From IMG/VR virus record IMGVR_UViG_3300045988_100778, positions 32,001 through 96,000 of that record: a stretch of DNA of 64,000 nucleotides; one strand, written 5' to 3'. The position numbers and the translations under genes were made by a program. Each line of letters opens with the position of its first letter. Position 1 is the first letter of the stretch. Positions 8,644 through 18,171 of the stretch are shown here, one piece after another. This stretch comes from a virus. The notes below the pieces were generated by a model, which did not search any database, was not told the origin of the DNA, and saw nothing but the letters and a program-made list of their open reading frames with translations.

Positions 8644-9297
8644 GTGAAAACAAGTAGTAATTTCGTGATTGTCTATGACTTTGAAACCGGGGGATTGCCA
8701 AGCAAGGAGAAGCAGGCTTTTTTGGACATCCCTTTGGTAGAAATGGCTATGTCGTGCATAGACATGAAAAAGTTGGAAATAATAGACCGTGCAGAAATGA
8801 TATTCCCGTATAACTACAAGGAAGGACTTGCAGGATATTCGGAGGAAGCAACGGCAGTACACGGCATAACAAAAGAAGTCCAAGAAGAGAATGCGGTGCC
8901 ATTGAAAGAGATATACAGCACTTGCAAGAAATGGTTCGCCAAATACAAGAATCCACGCCAGATGTGTACGCTTGTAGGGCACAATATCGTAGGATTCGAT
9001 AACCCGTTTCTGAAAAACTTCTTCGCCTACATGAACGACGATATAGACAATTACGTAAAATACTACATAGACACGATGCAGTTTGCACACATGGTAGCTT
9101 TGGAGCAGATGGACTACAAGCTGGGCACGTGTTGCCAGGCTGCCGGGATTGACCTTGTGGAAGCGCACAGGGCGCAGCACGATGTGGATGCGAACGCGAT
9201 GTTGTTCATTTCCTACGTGAAGAAGTTAAGGGGTGAAGGCGTGGAAACGGTGGAGAAGAAAGAAAGGAGATATAGAGAGGACTTCCAGTTATGTTGA
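8644..9297 (+). CDS. DnaQ-like DEDDh 3'-5' exonuclease
   Basis: ExoI VYDFETGG, ExoII GHNIVGFDNPFL, ExoIII HRAQHDVDA; needs GTG start at 8644 because no in-frame ATG precedes ExoI. Confidence 0.8.
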   Translation: MKTSSNFVIVYDFETGGLPSKEKQAFLDIPLVEMAMSCIDMKKLEIIDRAEMIFPYNYKEGLAGYSEEATAVHGITKEVQEENAVPLKEIYSTCKKWFAKYKNPRQMCTLVGHNIVGFDNPFLKNFFAYMNDDIDNYVKYYIDTMQFAHMVALEQMDYKLGTCCQAAGIDLVEAHRAQHDVDANAMLFISYVKKLRGEGVETVEKKERRYREDFQLC

Positions 9298-11405
9298 CGG
9301 GTGACGGAAAAGGAATACTTACAAATAATCAGCTTACATATCTGTACAATGCGGTAGACAATATCATAGAGAGACTGCCGGAAAGGGCGCTTAACCAGTT
9401 GTTGGAAGGATATGGAAACGACGTTGATACCATGCTTAGGGAAATGGTGCATCAGTCGGAAAAGGCGCTGTATCTGGGTCGGACGCTGGATTCAGAAAGT
9501 TTATCCTATGTGGATAACGTGAAAGCCTCTATGGACAATACGCTTAAAATATTGTCCCTCAATTATTTCATAACAACCATGTTGCCTAAATTCCGGTTAG
9601 GGTGGCGTAATATAGAGTGGGGAAATCTCACTCAATTATACCCGTGGAGTTGTTATTTATGCGCCCGGGCGAGTGGCAAGTGCATGAGTGCTGATACATT
9701 GGTTGTAATGTATGATGGGGCTTTGAAGAAGATTCAAGATATAGAAGTTGGTGATAAAGTGATGGGTGTTGATTCAACACCGCGTACAGTGCTGCAATTA
9801 CATAAAGGTGTTGCACCTATGTATAAAGTGAGACAGTCCAAAGGAATGACTTATGAAGTGAATGAAGGACACTTGCTTTGCTGTTATTATAACGGTTATT
9901 TCATTGATGTAGAAGTAGATGCTGTATGTAGACAACAGAAAGATATAAGAAAGTTGTTTCTGGGATATAAAGTCAAGAATATAGGGAAAGGAACACCAGA
10001 ATTTGATTATTCTTCATTGAAGATTGAACCTATTGGAGAGGGGGAATATTATGGTTTTGCGTGCGATGGAGACCATAAGTTTTTATTGGAGGATGGGACG
10101 GTTGTACATAACAGTTATCAATGGTCTTATGCCTTTATTCTGTGGCGTTTATGGTCCTACACAAGACCGACTGCATATAGACAAGACACGGTAGACAATG
10201 CCAACCGGAAAGAAACATGCTATATTACCAATACTTTTACACTGGCAAAGGTGCAGATAGCGAAAGTGACGGAAGAGATAGAGGCGAACGACTTAATAAA
10301 GGAAAAACTGAACCCTTATAATAAGGCTTCAATCGGAGAAACAGCCATAAAGACGGAAACGGGGAGTACGCTGCATGTACGCGGTAAGGATTCAATGATT
10401 CGCGGTCTGCATGTGGGGGCTTGCTTGTGTGACGATATGCCGGATGAAAGCTCCCTATATTCGGACGAACAAAGAGAGAAATTGAAAGAACTTCTGAAAG
10501 GTACTATAGAACCGATTGTAGAGCCATACGGTTACTTTCTTGTAACTGGTACGCCTTATTCTTCTGCACCGAATGAATTGTACCAGATATTGAAGGCAGA
10601 CAAGCGTTTCTATTGTTTTGAATATCCGATATTGTTTCCGGATGGCAGACCGTTGGCACCAGACAGATACACGTTTGAACAGATATTGGCGAAAAAGGAA
10701 GAACTTGGAACGATTGTGTTCAACCGTGAATACTTGGTGGTTCCTATCAGTGACACGTCAACGATATTTCCGTATGAATATCTGATGCGTAGCGTTATAG
10801 GAATGGAAACGATACGTTTTGCGTCAAGTATAGACGATTTTCCTTTCAAGCTTACAAGGGTACATATAGGTGTGGACTTTGCGGTTTCCGGTAATATTGG
10901 AGCGGACTATACAGTGTATTCGGTATGGGGCAAAGATGCGATGGATAACTACTATTTGTTGTACTATTACCGGAAGCGCGGTATGTCGCATAACGAACAG
11001 GTGGATAAGATTGTACAGCTTGACCGACTTTTCCACCCCAATAAGATACGGTGTGAGGCAAACGGTTTCCAGTCCATATTGTCCGGACTGGCAAAGGAAA
11101 GAGGGCTTAAGAATATAGAACCATTTACGACAACGGAAGGAAACAAGAAAGATTTGTATACTGGACTACCTTCTTTGTCCGCAATGTTTGAAAGAGGACA
11201 GATAAAATGCCCCTATGCGATAGGAGAAACGAGGCAGGCGGTTGACTTGATGTTCGGTGAATTTTCTTCTATTACATTTAGAAGTGATAACGGGAAATTG
11301 GAGGCGGCAAGTGGTCACGATGACGTGGTAATGTCGTCGTTCATTTCCTTAAATAGCTTACGCGAAGACGATAAAGAAGTACAAGTAAGTGTAGAATTAA
11401 TATAA
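9291..11405 (+). CDS. terL: terminase large subunit, interrupted by a mini-intein
   Basis: Walker A ARASGK|S split by the intein; Walker B LCDDMPDE; nuclease-domain motifs IGVDFAVSG and GHDDVVMS. Confidence 0.85.
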   Translation: MLTGDGKGILTNNQLTYLYNAVDNIIERLPERALNQLLEGYGNDVDTMLREMVHQSEKALYLGRTLDSESLSYVDNVKASMDNTLKILSLNYFITTMLPKFRLGWRNIEWGNLTQLYPWSCYLCARASGKCMSADTLVVMYDGALKKIQDIEVGDKVMGVDSTPRTVLQLHKGVAPMYKVRQSKGMTYEVNEGHLLCCYYNGYFIDVEVDAVCRQQKDIRKLFLGYKVKNIGKGTPEFDYSSLKIEPIGEGEYYGFACDGDHKFLLEDGTVVHNSYQWSYAFILWRLWSYTRPTAYRQDTVDNANRKETCYITNTFTLAKVQIAKVTEEIEANDLIKEKLNPYNKASIGETAIKTETGSTLHVRGKDSMIRGLHVGACLCDDMPDESSLYSDEQREKLKELLKGTIEPIVEPYGYFLVTGTPYSSAPNELYQILKADKRFYCFEYPILFPDGRPLAPDRYTFEQILAKKEELGTIVFNREYLVVPISDTSTIFPYEYLMRSVIGMETIRFASSIDDFPFKLTRVHIGVDFAVSGNIGADYTVYSVWGKDAMDNYYLLYYYRKRGMSHNEQVDKIVQLDRLFHPNKIRCEANGFQSILSGLAKERGLKNIEPFTTTEGNKKDLYTGLPSLSAMFERGQIKCPYAIGETRQAVDLMFGEFSSITFRSDNGKLEAASGHDDVVMSSFISLNSLREDDKEVQVSVELI
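9681..10112 (+). mobile_element. mini-intein (144 aa, no homing endonuclease domain) in the TerL P-loop
   Basis: Starts with Cys (CMSADTLVV..), block B NEGHLL, ends ..DGTVVHN followed by Ser+1; removal restores GKS. Confidence 0.85.
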
Positions 11406-11427
11406 TGTTAATTATATGTTAAAAGCA

Positions 11428-11474
11428 CATAAGCACTTGCGTATGTCATAACATAATCTTATCTTTGTAATGTG
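11428..11474 (+). promoter_or_regulatory. dispersed promoter/operator element, copy B
   Basis: CATAAGCACTTGCGTATGTCATAACATAATCTTATCTTTGTAATGTG; alignable with copy F over about 115 nt. Confidence 0.65.
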
Positions 11475-11516
11475 AGAAAGAGATAAACGAAGTCAAACAA
11501 ATAAAAAGATAAGAAA

Positions 11517-11840
11517 ATGGAAAACGATATTAAGGTTCTCAAAGAGTTGTACAAGTTCATTTGTGTTAGTGAAGGTATCAAGGCAATTGCATTGAAGTTC
11601 TGTAAAGTTGGAAGGGGCGGTGCTTGTTGTTCTTATGTGGCTAACAAACCGAAATCAATCTCTATTGACTTGAATAGAATCAATGTCGGTTCTGCCTATG
11701 CTTTGTGCCATGAAGTAGCGCATCAGATTTGCATTGCAAATGAAGGTAATGCAACACATAATGCAAAGTTCAAAAAGATGGAAAAGGAATTGGTTAAGAA
11801 GTATGCCAATTGCACTATTGCAAGAAATTTAATTTGGTAA
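11517..11840 (+). CDS. small HExxH protein (SprT-like minimal zinc metallopeptidase?)
   Basis: CHEVAHQ..THNAKF gives HExxH plus a downstream His in a 107-aa protein. Confidence 0.4.
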   Translation: MENDIKVLKELYKFICVSEGIKAIALKFCKVGRGGACCSYVANKPKSISIDLNRINVGSAYALCHEVAHQICIANEGNATHNAKFKKMEKELVKKYANCTIARNLIW

Positions 11841-11858
11841 TGAAGGGAGGATAAGGTT

Positions 11859-12074
11859 ATGATTACTGATAGAAAGAAAGCCCCGGCATGTTTGAGATAC
11901 AATGTCAACAATAATTCCGGTTCAATCAACAAGGAATTTGGTAAAGACCAGCAAGCAGCATATGATTTTGCAAGCCAAATGAATGAAACAGCAATAATTA
12001 GAGGATATATGTTCGTGAAACATAAAGGTGAATGGGTAAGAAATACGATTTTTATAGACCATGTTTTTAAATAA
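11859..12074 (+). CDS. hypothetical protein
   Basis: 71-aa ORF with a GGAGGATAAGGTTATG start context. Confidence 0.4.
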   Translation: MITDRKKAPACLRYNVNNNSGSINKEFGKDQQAAYDFASQMNETAIIRGYMFVKHKGEWVRNTIFIDHVFK

Positions 12075-12091
12075 AGAAGGAGGATAATGTT

Positions 12092-12376
12092 ATGAAAAAG
12101 GATTTGGTAAAGACGGCTTTAGGATATAGATGTTTTCTATCTATTGAGGAAATTGAAGTAACAGACCCTAAAGATAAGAAGGAATGTAAGATACTTGAAG
12201 AATTTAACGATTCTACAACTATTAAGAAAATAGCATTGAAGTATACCGACAACAAGCTGTTCCACGAGATAACAAACCGATTGATTGAACTTGATAAGGT
12301 GGATTTGACAGAAGAAGAACATGCAGAAAGACAGGCGTTAATTACATTGTCTCAATATTTTAGAGTTAAGTTTTGA
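12092..12376 (+). CDS. hypothetical protein
   Basis: 94-aa ORF with an AGGAGGATAATGTTATG start context. Confidence 0.4.
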   Translation: MKKDLVKTALGYRCFLSIEEIEVTDPKDKKECKILEEFNDSTTIKKIALKYTDNKLFHEITNRLIELDKVDLTEEEHAERQALITLSQYFRVKF

Positions 12377-12426
12377 TTTAACCGATTAATAGCGTATATT
12401 TGTAACGTATATAACATTTTGTGATT

Positions 12427-12765
12427 ATGGAGGATAAGATAATTAAGATTAAGGGACATGAATATAAGATGTCCTTCCCTACAGTAGGACAATATTACGA
12501 GATTGAAACGCAAAAGCAGTTTTTAGGTCGTGGATATTATAATACCTTGCTGGGAAACAGAACGCAGGCTGCGGCTGACGCTTTGGATATGATAGATATT
12601 GAAGCGACGCTTACAGTAATGTTGCCCGATTTGCTGGCAGATATGAAGGTAACTTCTTTCAAACAGCTTGGTATCAAGGACTACGTGGAGGTAAGGGATA
12701 TTTACAATAAGGAGGTTTTGCCTTTTATTAAGGAAGTTGAAAAAATGATGAACCCCAACCGATAA
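12427..12765 (+). CDS. hypothetical protein (possible tail assembly chaperone by position)
   Basis: The ORF track starts at GTG 12421; ATG 12427 is more likely; two genes upstream of the tape measure. Confidence 0.35.
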   Translation: MEDKIIKIKGHEYKMSFPTVGQYYEIETQKQFLGRGYYNTLLGNRTQAAADALDMIDIEATLTVMLPDLLADMKVTSFKQLGIKDYVEVRDIYNKEVLPFIKEVEKMMNPNR

Positions 12766-12818
12766 GAGTATTCGAGCGAGAATCACTATAGTTTGAATGT
12801 TTAGTTATTCAGAGGAGT

Positions 12819-12858
12819 GTGGGGGTATAGTCTGTTATGGGTTATACCCCCACTTTTG
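12819..12858 (+). terminator. rho-independent terminator
   Basis: 11-bp perfect stem GTGGGGGTATA/TATACCCCCAC (12819-12829 / 12843-12853) followed by TTTTG. Confidence 0.65.
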
Positions 12859-12869
12859 ATTGATTTTGT

Positions 12870-13238
12870 ATGATGGAGCGAGATAAAAAGGAAGATTTCA
12901 GAACGTTTGTAGTCAGATGGAATAACAAGTTTCCGCTTGACAGATGGTATAGAAAGAAACATAACATTGCTTTCATGTCCGAGGAACACAAGAAATGTTC
13001 TTTTTTTCAACAACTTTTCGAGTTCGAGGAAGACCGGATGTTCAAGCAGGCTTTGGAGGACGAGGAAAAGAAAGTTGAATACGTTCCGAATATCGGTGAA
13101 TGGCTGAAAGATTCCTATGATGAAATGGTGGACCAGGAAACCGATACCAAGGAGATAACGCAAAGTCAGATTGAGGCTTTCCGTGAAGAAATGGCGCGGA
13201 TGGCTGAATACGAGGAAAGCCAAAAAGATAAGGAATAA
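12870..13238 (+). CDS. hypothetical acidic protein upstream of the tape measure
   Basis: 122-aa ORF, stop overlaps the tape measure start (TAATG). Confidence 0.4.
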   Translation: MMERDKKEDFRTFVVRWNNKFPLDRWYRKKHNIAFMSEEHKKCSFFQQLFEFEEDRMFKQALEDEEKKVEYVPNIGEWLKDSYDEMVDQETDTKEITQSQIEAFREEMARMAEYEESQKDKE

Positions 13239-16012
13239 TGGCAGAGGATAAGAGGATTAGGATTGCGGCCGATACCACACCGCTAAGACAGTTGAGAGAA
13301 GAAGCGGTTTCTTTGTACCGCGAGATAAACCAGACTTCCATGCAGAGCGCACAGGAAGCCGAGAAAAGCATTTCACAGCTACGGGAACAACTTGCATTGA
13401 TGGAAGACCGTAACGAGCTTGAAAGACTGTTGCTGGACCTTAAAAGACAGTCTGCCGCCATTGATGCAACCACAATGCAAAAACCGTCTCCGATGCCGGA
13501 AAGACCGATAAGGAGACAGCCGCCTACAGAAGAACTTCCAAGACCGGAACAACCTACCATAGACCCCGAAACCGGGTCTATTACATGGGACGTATCGCCA
13601 AGAAGAAAAGAGGAACCCGTACAGCCGGAACCAAGACTGGAAACGGATGTAGAAGAACCGGAAGAAAAACCAGCACCAAGAAGAAGGAGAAGGAAAGTCC
13701 AGGAACCTATACCGGACGTTGAACCCATCATAGACGAGGAAACGGGTTCTATGACATGGGACTTGACACGGAAACCGCAAAGGGAAAGAGTTACCCCTAT
13801 AGAAAGAGGTGTAGAAAGAGAAGAACCGACAACAAAGGAAACGCAGAAGGAAATATTAAGGGAAATAAACAGACACGTCGAAAATATAGATGAATCCGTT
13901 ACGAACGTTGACAATTCCAAGAACTTCCAGGACAACAGTGAAAACAGAACGGACAACTCACGGCATACGGAGAATATAACCGAGAATGTTGTAAATATTG
14001 AAAAGAATACCCAGACAATAACGGAGAATACAACCGCTATAAGGGAAAAGGGGAATTTGGAGGTCGTTTCAGAACAACCGAACAGACCTCTATTAAGGGA
14101 AGACGATAGAATACAGAGAAGACCGGAAATAACGGATAACGGACAGACGGAAATCAAGTTTTCCGACGAGGGGATAATACGTGCTATTACAAGACTGGGA
14201 GTGGTAACGGATAATATAGGACGTGATGTCATTTCCGCTTTAAGAGGACTTGAAAAAGGAACGGGCGAGGAAAACCAAAGAACCAGTATTACCCGTTACC
14301 TGGAAACTATTGCAAATTCCGTATCTGTTATAGAAGACAGTGCAGAAAACATATTAGAAGAAATACAGAAAGCCGTTTCCGGTTCGGGTTTCGGAGGTGG
14401 AACAGGGACACCTGGCGGCATTGTACCACCTACTGGAAGTACAGGTGGAATAGGAGGAGGACTAAATATATTCGGAGGAGGATTAAAAGGAATATTGGGC
14501 GGCCTGGGAGGTTTAGCGGCATTCAATACCGCTAAAAACGTATTGTCCGAGAGATATTTCAGAAACCAGGAATTCGAGGCAAGGTCGCAATACCAGGGAA
14601 CCGTGGAGACTGCCGCAAATTATACACGATTGCAAGCCGCTAACCAGGCAGACGCTTATAGATGGATTCCTTTAGTTGGAGATGTGATTGCAAAAAGTAT
14701 AGAATTGCCAGCACAGCTTGCAGCAGAAAAGATGATGGCAACTTTCGGGAAATACGCGGAAGGCGAAAGACGTGTTATCCCGTATGCACAGGTTATGGGT
14801 GTATCAGCCGGGGAAGCGTTCAGACAAGCCGGAAGGGAAGGAAGTTATGCAGCCGAATCACTTGGTATGGATTACGCTTCATACCTTGGAAGACGTGCCG
14901 AATTGATACGTGCAGGAGGAGGACGTTTTGTTGGTGGCAATGAATACGACCCGTATGCAGTAAGGGAAACGCAGTCCGTCATGGCTGCCGAAAGACTGTT
15001 CGGATTGTCACCTAATGCAGTCAACCGTTTGCAGGGAGCAATGAGGTTCGGAGACCAGAATTCGGGTACCGGGGCTTCTGCGATTATCAGAGAGTTCGAG
15101 CAGGCAATGAAAAATTTAGGCATTCCGTTCGAGCAGATAGCCTCTACAATGGAAGAAAGTTTAGATACTTTCATTACACAGTCGGACCAGATTCTTTCCA
15201 AACGTGGTGATTTTGATGCAAGACAGCTTGCAGCGATGTTTAGCGGAATACGCCAGGCAACCGGATTGCAGGGAAGACAGCTTGAAAGGGTACAGCAAGC
15301 ATTTACCGGACAAGGAATGTCAAAAGACGAGGTGACGAATGCAATGCTTGTACGGTCTATCCAGGAAGTTATGCCAGACAAAACATCCTATTCGGAAATT
15401 CAAGAAGAATTGGAAAAGATACGTGCAGGGGCAGCAAACCCCGAAGTTATGGAAAACTTTTTGAATAGGGTTGTAGAACGTACTGGGGGAGGTTCTGAAC
15501 AGTTACGTTTGGCAATGTCCGAAATATTCCCTAATTTGTCCTGGAATGACATTAATTCTACGATACAAAAGGATAGTGACCCGTCTAAGCTTGTAAGCAA
15601 TCTGTTTGACTTGTATAAACAGGCAAGTCAAAGGATTAAGGAAACGCCCGCAGAAGCTTATGACAGGGGTGCAGCACGGAGGACTGTAGGTGCTGGGGAA
15701 ACCATTTTGGCAGGTGATATGAATCGCCAGATGTCGGAAGGTGCAAAACAATTGAAAGAGATTGTTAGATTGTTGACTAATATTGACAATAATACGAAAG
15801 AAAAAGAGAAACCCGTAGAATCCGGTCCGGTTACGCGGTCTATGGTATCGGGTGGAGCAGGTCTTGTAAATGCGGAAAATGTTAGTTCGGGGGTTGAAGC
15901 TGGCAGAATGTTGTCACAATGGTTTAAGCGCGTTTTGGATGATTGGGCAAGGGAAAGAGTTGGTAATATGGCGGTTTCAGAAGCAAATAAAGTGATACAG
16001 CAAGAACGATGA
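13238..16012 (+). CDS. tail tape measure protein
   Basis: 924 aa; coiled-coil N-terminus, Pro-rich duplicated motif, Gly-rich hydrophobic segment; sits between chaperone-sized ORFs and the baseplate genes. Confidence 0.7.
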   Translation: MAEDKRIRIAADTTPLRQLREEAVSLYREINQTSMQSAQEAEKSISQLREQLALMEDRNELERLLLDLKRQSAAIDATTMQKPSPMPERPIRRQPPTEELPRPEQPTIDPETGSITWDVSPRRKEEPVQPEPRLETDVEEPEEKPAPRRRRRKVQEPIPDVEPIIDEETGSMTWDLTRKPQRERVTPIERGVEREEPTTKETQKEILREINRHVENIDESVTNVDNSKNFQDNSENRTDNSRHTENITENVVNIEKNTQTITENTTAIREKGNLEVVSEQPNRPLLREDDRIQRRPEITDNGQTEIKFSDEGIIRAITRLGVVTDNIGRDVISALRGLEKGTGEENQRTSITRYLETIANSVSVIEDSAENILEEIQKAVSGSGFGGGTGTPGGIVPPTGSTGGIGGGLNIFGGGLKGILGGLGGLAAFNTAKNVLSERYFRNQEFEARSQYQGTVETAANYTRLQAANQADAYRWIPLVGDVIAKSIELPAQLAAEKMMATFGKYAEGERRVIPYAQVMGVSAGEAFRQAGREGSYAAESLGMDYASYLGRRAELIRAGGGRFVGGNEYDPYAVRETQSVMAAERLFGLSPNAVNRLQGAMRFGDQNSGTGASAIIREFEQAMKNLGIPFEQIASTMEESLDTFITQSDQILSKRGDFDARQLAAMFSGIRQATGLQGRQLERVQQAFTGQGMSKDEVTNAMLVRSIQEVMPDKTSYSEIQEELEKIRAGAANPEVMENFLNRVVERTGGGSEQLRLAMSEIFPNLSWNDINSTIQKDSDPSKLVSNLFDLYKQASQRIKETPAEAYDRGAARRTVGAGETILAGDMNRQMSEGAKQLKEIVRLLTNIDNNTKEKEKPVESGPVTRSMVSGGAGLVNAENVSSGVEAGRMLSQWFKRVLDDWARERVGNMAVSEANKVIQQER

Positions 16013-18171
16013 AAGTAAATATATTTAACATACAGAGTTATAAGTACAACGTAGAACCCCAAACGTTTATAGACGATTGGCAAAAGGGACTGGGTCCAGA
16101 TACACCGGAAGCAAAGAAATTGTCGGTTCCGGAATTTATGGACGTGGTAAACGAGATTTCCAAAATTTCAAATCTGGATGCTATCTGGGCCACATATGAC
16201 GATTGGGAGAAAGAGAAGTACAAGAACGAGTATTCTAATAAGGATTTGCCGTATATCAAGCCGAATACCCCTCTTTCTTTTCCGATAAAGGATTCTCCTT
16301 TGCTTATACAAAAAGCGTCAAAGAGCGACATGTTCATGAAGCAACGCGATTTTTCGGCTTATTGGTCTGAAAATTTGACAAAGCTTCTACAGGATAAGGA
16401 AGGATATGTAGCGGACAATGTGGTTGCACTGGATGAAGAAATGTCAGTAAGGACAAAAGTACAGCCTATAAACATTAAGGTGTGGATATACTGCAAGGCT
16501 ATAAACAAGGTTGTGGATGTAAGCCAGTTCGTTAATACATGTTCTACCGACAAGGGGTTCAAGAACGGTACGTTTTCGATTAACATAACACCCTTTAAGG
16601 ACGCTAATATGTCGAACGTGTACGGTGCAGGATATTATGATATATTCCCGGTTGTAACACCGAAAGGATACGACTATAAATCCTATCTTGAAAAGGTAGT
16701 ACAGATAAACGATATAGTGTTTATCCGGTTTGAGCGGTTGAGACTGGAAGGAAGTTCGGACAGCGAAAATGCCAATGATTTGTTTGTACCGTTGAACAAG
16801 CTTGCCAATAATGGTCCGGACTATAATGTTTGGGACATGATAGGTTTTGTGGACAGTGTAATGGAAACCTATTCTTCGGAAGACAATTCAAAGAGTACCG
16901 TCATAAGCGGACGCGATATTGCAAAAATGTTTGTGGAGGATGGAAGCTACTTCATACCATTGGAAAACGTCAATGATACTGTACAGAACTGGTTATTAAG
17001 AAAAACAGGTGGTGTATGGAATGGACGTAATGTGTTCGGTGGTGAGTATCAATTTGTATGGAATTTGGGGTACAAAACGATAAATGAATGTATTTGGTTT
17101 ATTATTAATATAATGTCTTCTATCGGATTGTGTAGTGATGAAGTTTTTTCTTCATGGGGTGACAAGCGGATAACGGCATACAGTATTCCGGGACAGCAGG
17201 ACTTGAAGGTGAGGGGAATATGGCAGATTGTCAAGCTGCAAGTGTCTGGGGATATAATGGAAAGGATTGTGACAGATACGGGGCTGGGGAACCCGAACGG
17301 AACACTGATGCAGTACATGGAACGTATTTGTCAATATCCTTTGACAGAATTTTTCTTTGATACCTATATAAACACGATTGATGTCATTGTAAGACAGCCA
17401 CCGTTTACGGAGAAGGCAATAAAAGACGCTTTCAAGTCGGAAAACTATATTACGATAACACCGGATAATGTAATATCGTATAATTTGAGCTACGACCCAC
17501 GGGTTTACACCTGGTTCCAGTTACACGCGCAGAATGCGCAGGTGGGCGGACGTGATAAACCGGGGTTGGCTTTTGTCCCTATTGTGTACCTGGAAGAATA
17601 TGTGGAACGATGGGGTAACAGGAAAATGGATTTCGTGGACATGTACTGTATTCGCATGATACAGAACGGAGCGGAAAACCAGAAGATATTTTCTACCTAC
17701 CAAGCAACAATGCTGAATGACTTGATTTATCTTGTCGAAAGCAACATGTATGTACCTTTTACCCGGTGCGGAACGATAGAGATAAACGGGGACAGACGCA
17801 TAAAGGTGGGAACTTTCGTGCTGAACCAAAGTACGAACGAGTTTTTCTATGTGACGAACGTAACCAACACTATATCATTTAACCGTGACGGGGTAGACAG
17901 GCGTACCGTTTTACAGGTGGAAAGAGGATTCTATGTACCTATACTTAAAGGAAATCTGATGGAAGCGGTAAAAAGAAACGACAATTCGGTTTCTGAAAAA
18001 TCAGCGTCCGGATTTACACCCGATTACTTTAAGTTGGTGGATTTAAGCGGTTTGAGACAGAAGGCGAAGGAAGCGGAAAGCGGACAGATAACATCCTATG
18101 ACAACCCGACGGTTGACAAGCAGCAGTTTGATTATTTTTTGAACAGGAAATTTTTTGGAGGACTTGAGTAA
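16009..18171 (+). CDS. tail/baseplate hub-region protein
   Basis: 720-aa ORF coupled to the tape measure stop; function from synteny only (tape measure to baseplate J interval). Confidence 0.35.
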   Translation: MKVNIFNIQSYKYNVEPQTFIDDWQKGLGPDTPEAKKLSVPEFMDVVNEISKISNLDAIWATYDDWEKEKYKNEYSNKDLPYIKPNTPLSFPIKDSPLLIQKASKSDMFMKQRDFSAYWSENLTKLLQDKEGYVADNVVALDEEMSVRTKVQPINIKVWIYCKAINKVVDVSQFVNTCSTDKGFKNGTFSINITPFKDANMSNVYGAGYYDIFPVVTPKGYDYKSYLEKVVQINDIVFIRFERLRLEGSSDSENANDLFVPLNKLANNGPDYNVWDMIGFVDSVMETYSSEDNSKSTVISGRDIAKMFVEDGSYFIPLENVNDTVQNWLLRKTGGVWNGRNVFGGEYQFVWNLGYKTINECIWFIINIMSSIGLCSDEVFSSWGDKRITAYSIPGQQDLKVRGIWQIVKLQVSGDIMERIVTDTGLGNPNGTLMQYMERICQYPLTEFFFDTYINTIDVIVRQPPFTEKAIKDAFKSENYITITPDNVISYNLSYDPRVYTWFQLHAQNAQVGGRDKPGLAFVPIVYLEEYVERWGNRKMDFVDMYCIRMIQNGAENQKIFSTYQATMLNDLIYLVESNMYVPFTRCGTIEINGDRRIKVGTFVLNQSTNEFFYVTNVTNTISFNRDGVDRRTVLQVERGFYVPILKGNLMEAVKRNDNSVSEKSASGFTPDYFKLVDLSGLRQKAKEAESGQITSYDNPTVDKQQFDYFLNRKFFGGLE

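Noticed and set aside
10870-11118. Alternative-frame + strand ORFs nested in larger genes (10870-11118, 14662-14943, 50474-50677, 39244-39432)
   Set aside because: They are short, out of frame within motif-supported genes, and have no start context or conservation signal.
13042-14232. 396-aa reverse-strand ORF inside the tape measure gene
   Set aside because: It is antisense to purine-rich, low-complexity coding sequence. The product is Ser/Leu/Phe-rich with no motifs, and the forward gene is well supported. It is a shadow ORF. The same applies to 14296-14526(-), 14872-15381(-) and 15658-16083(-).
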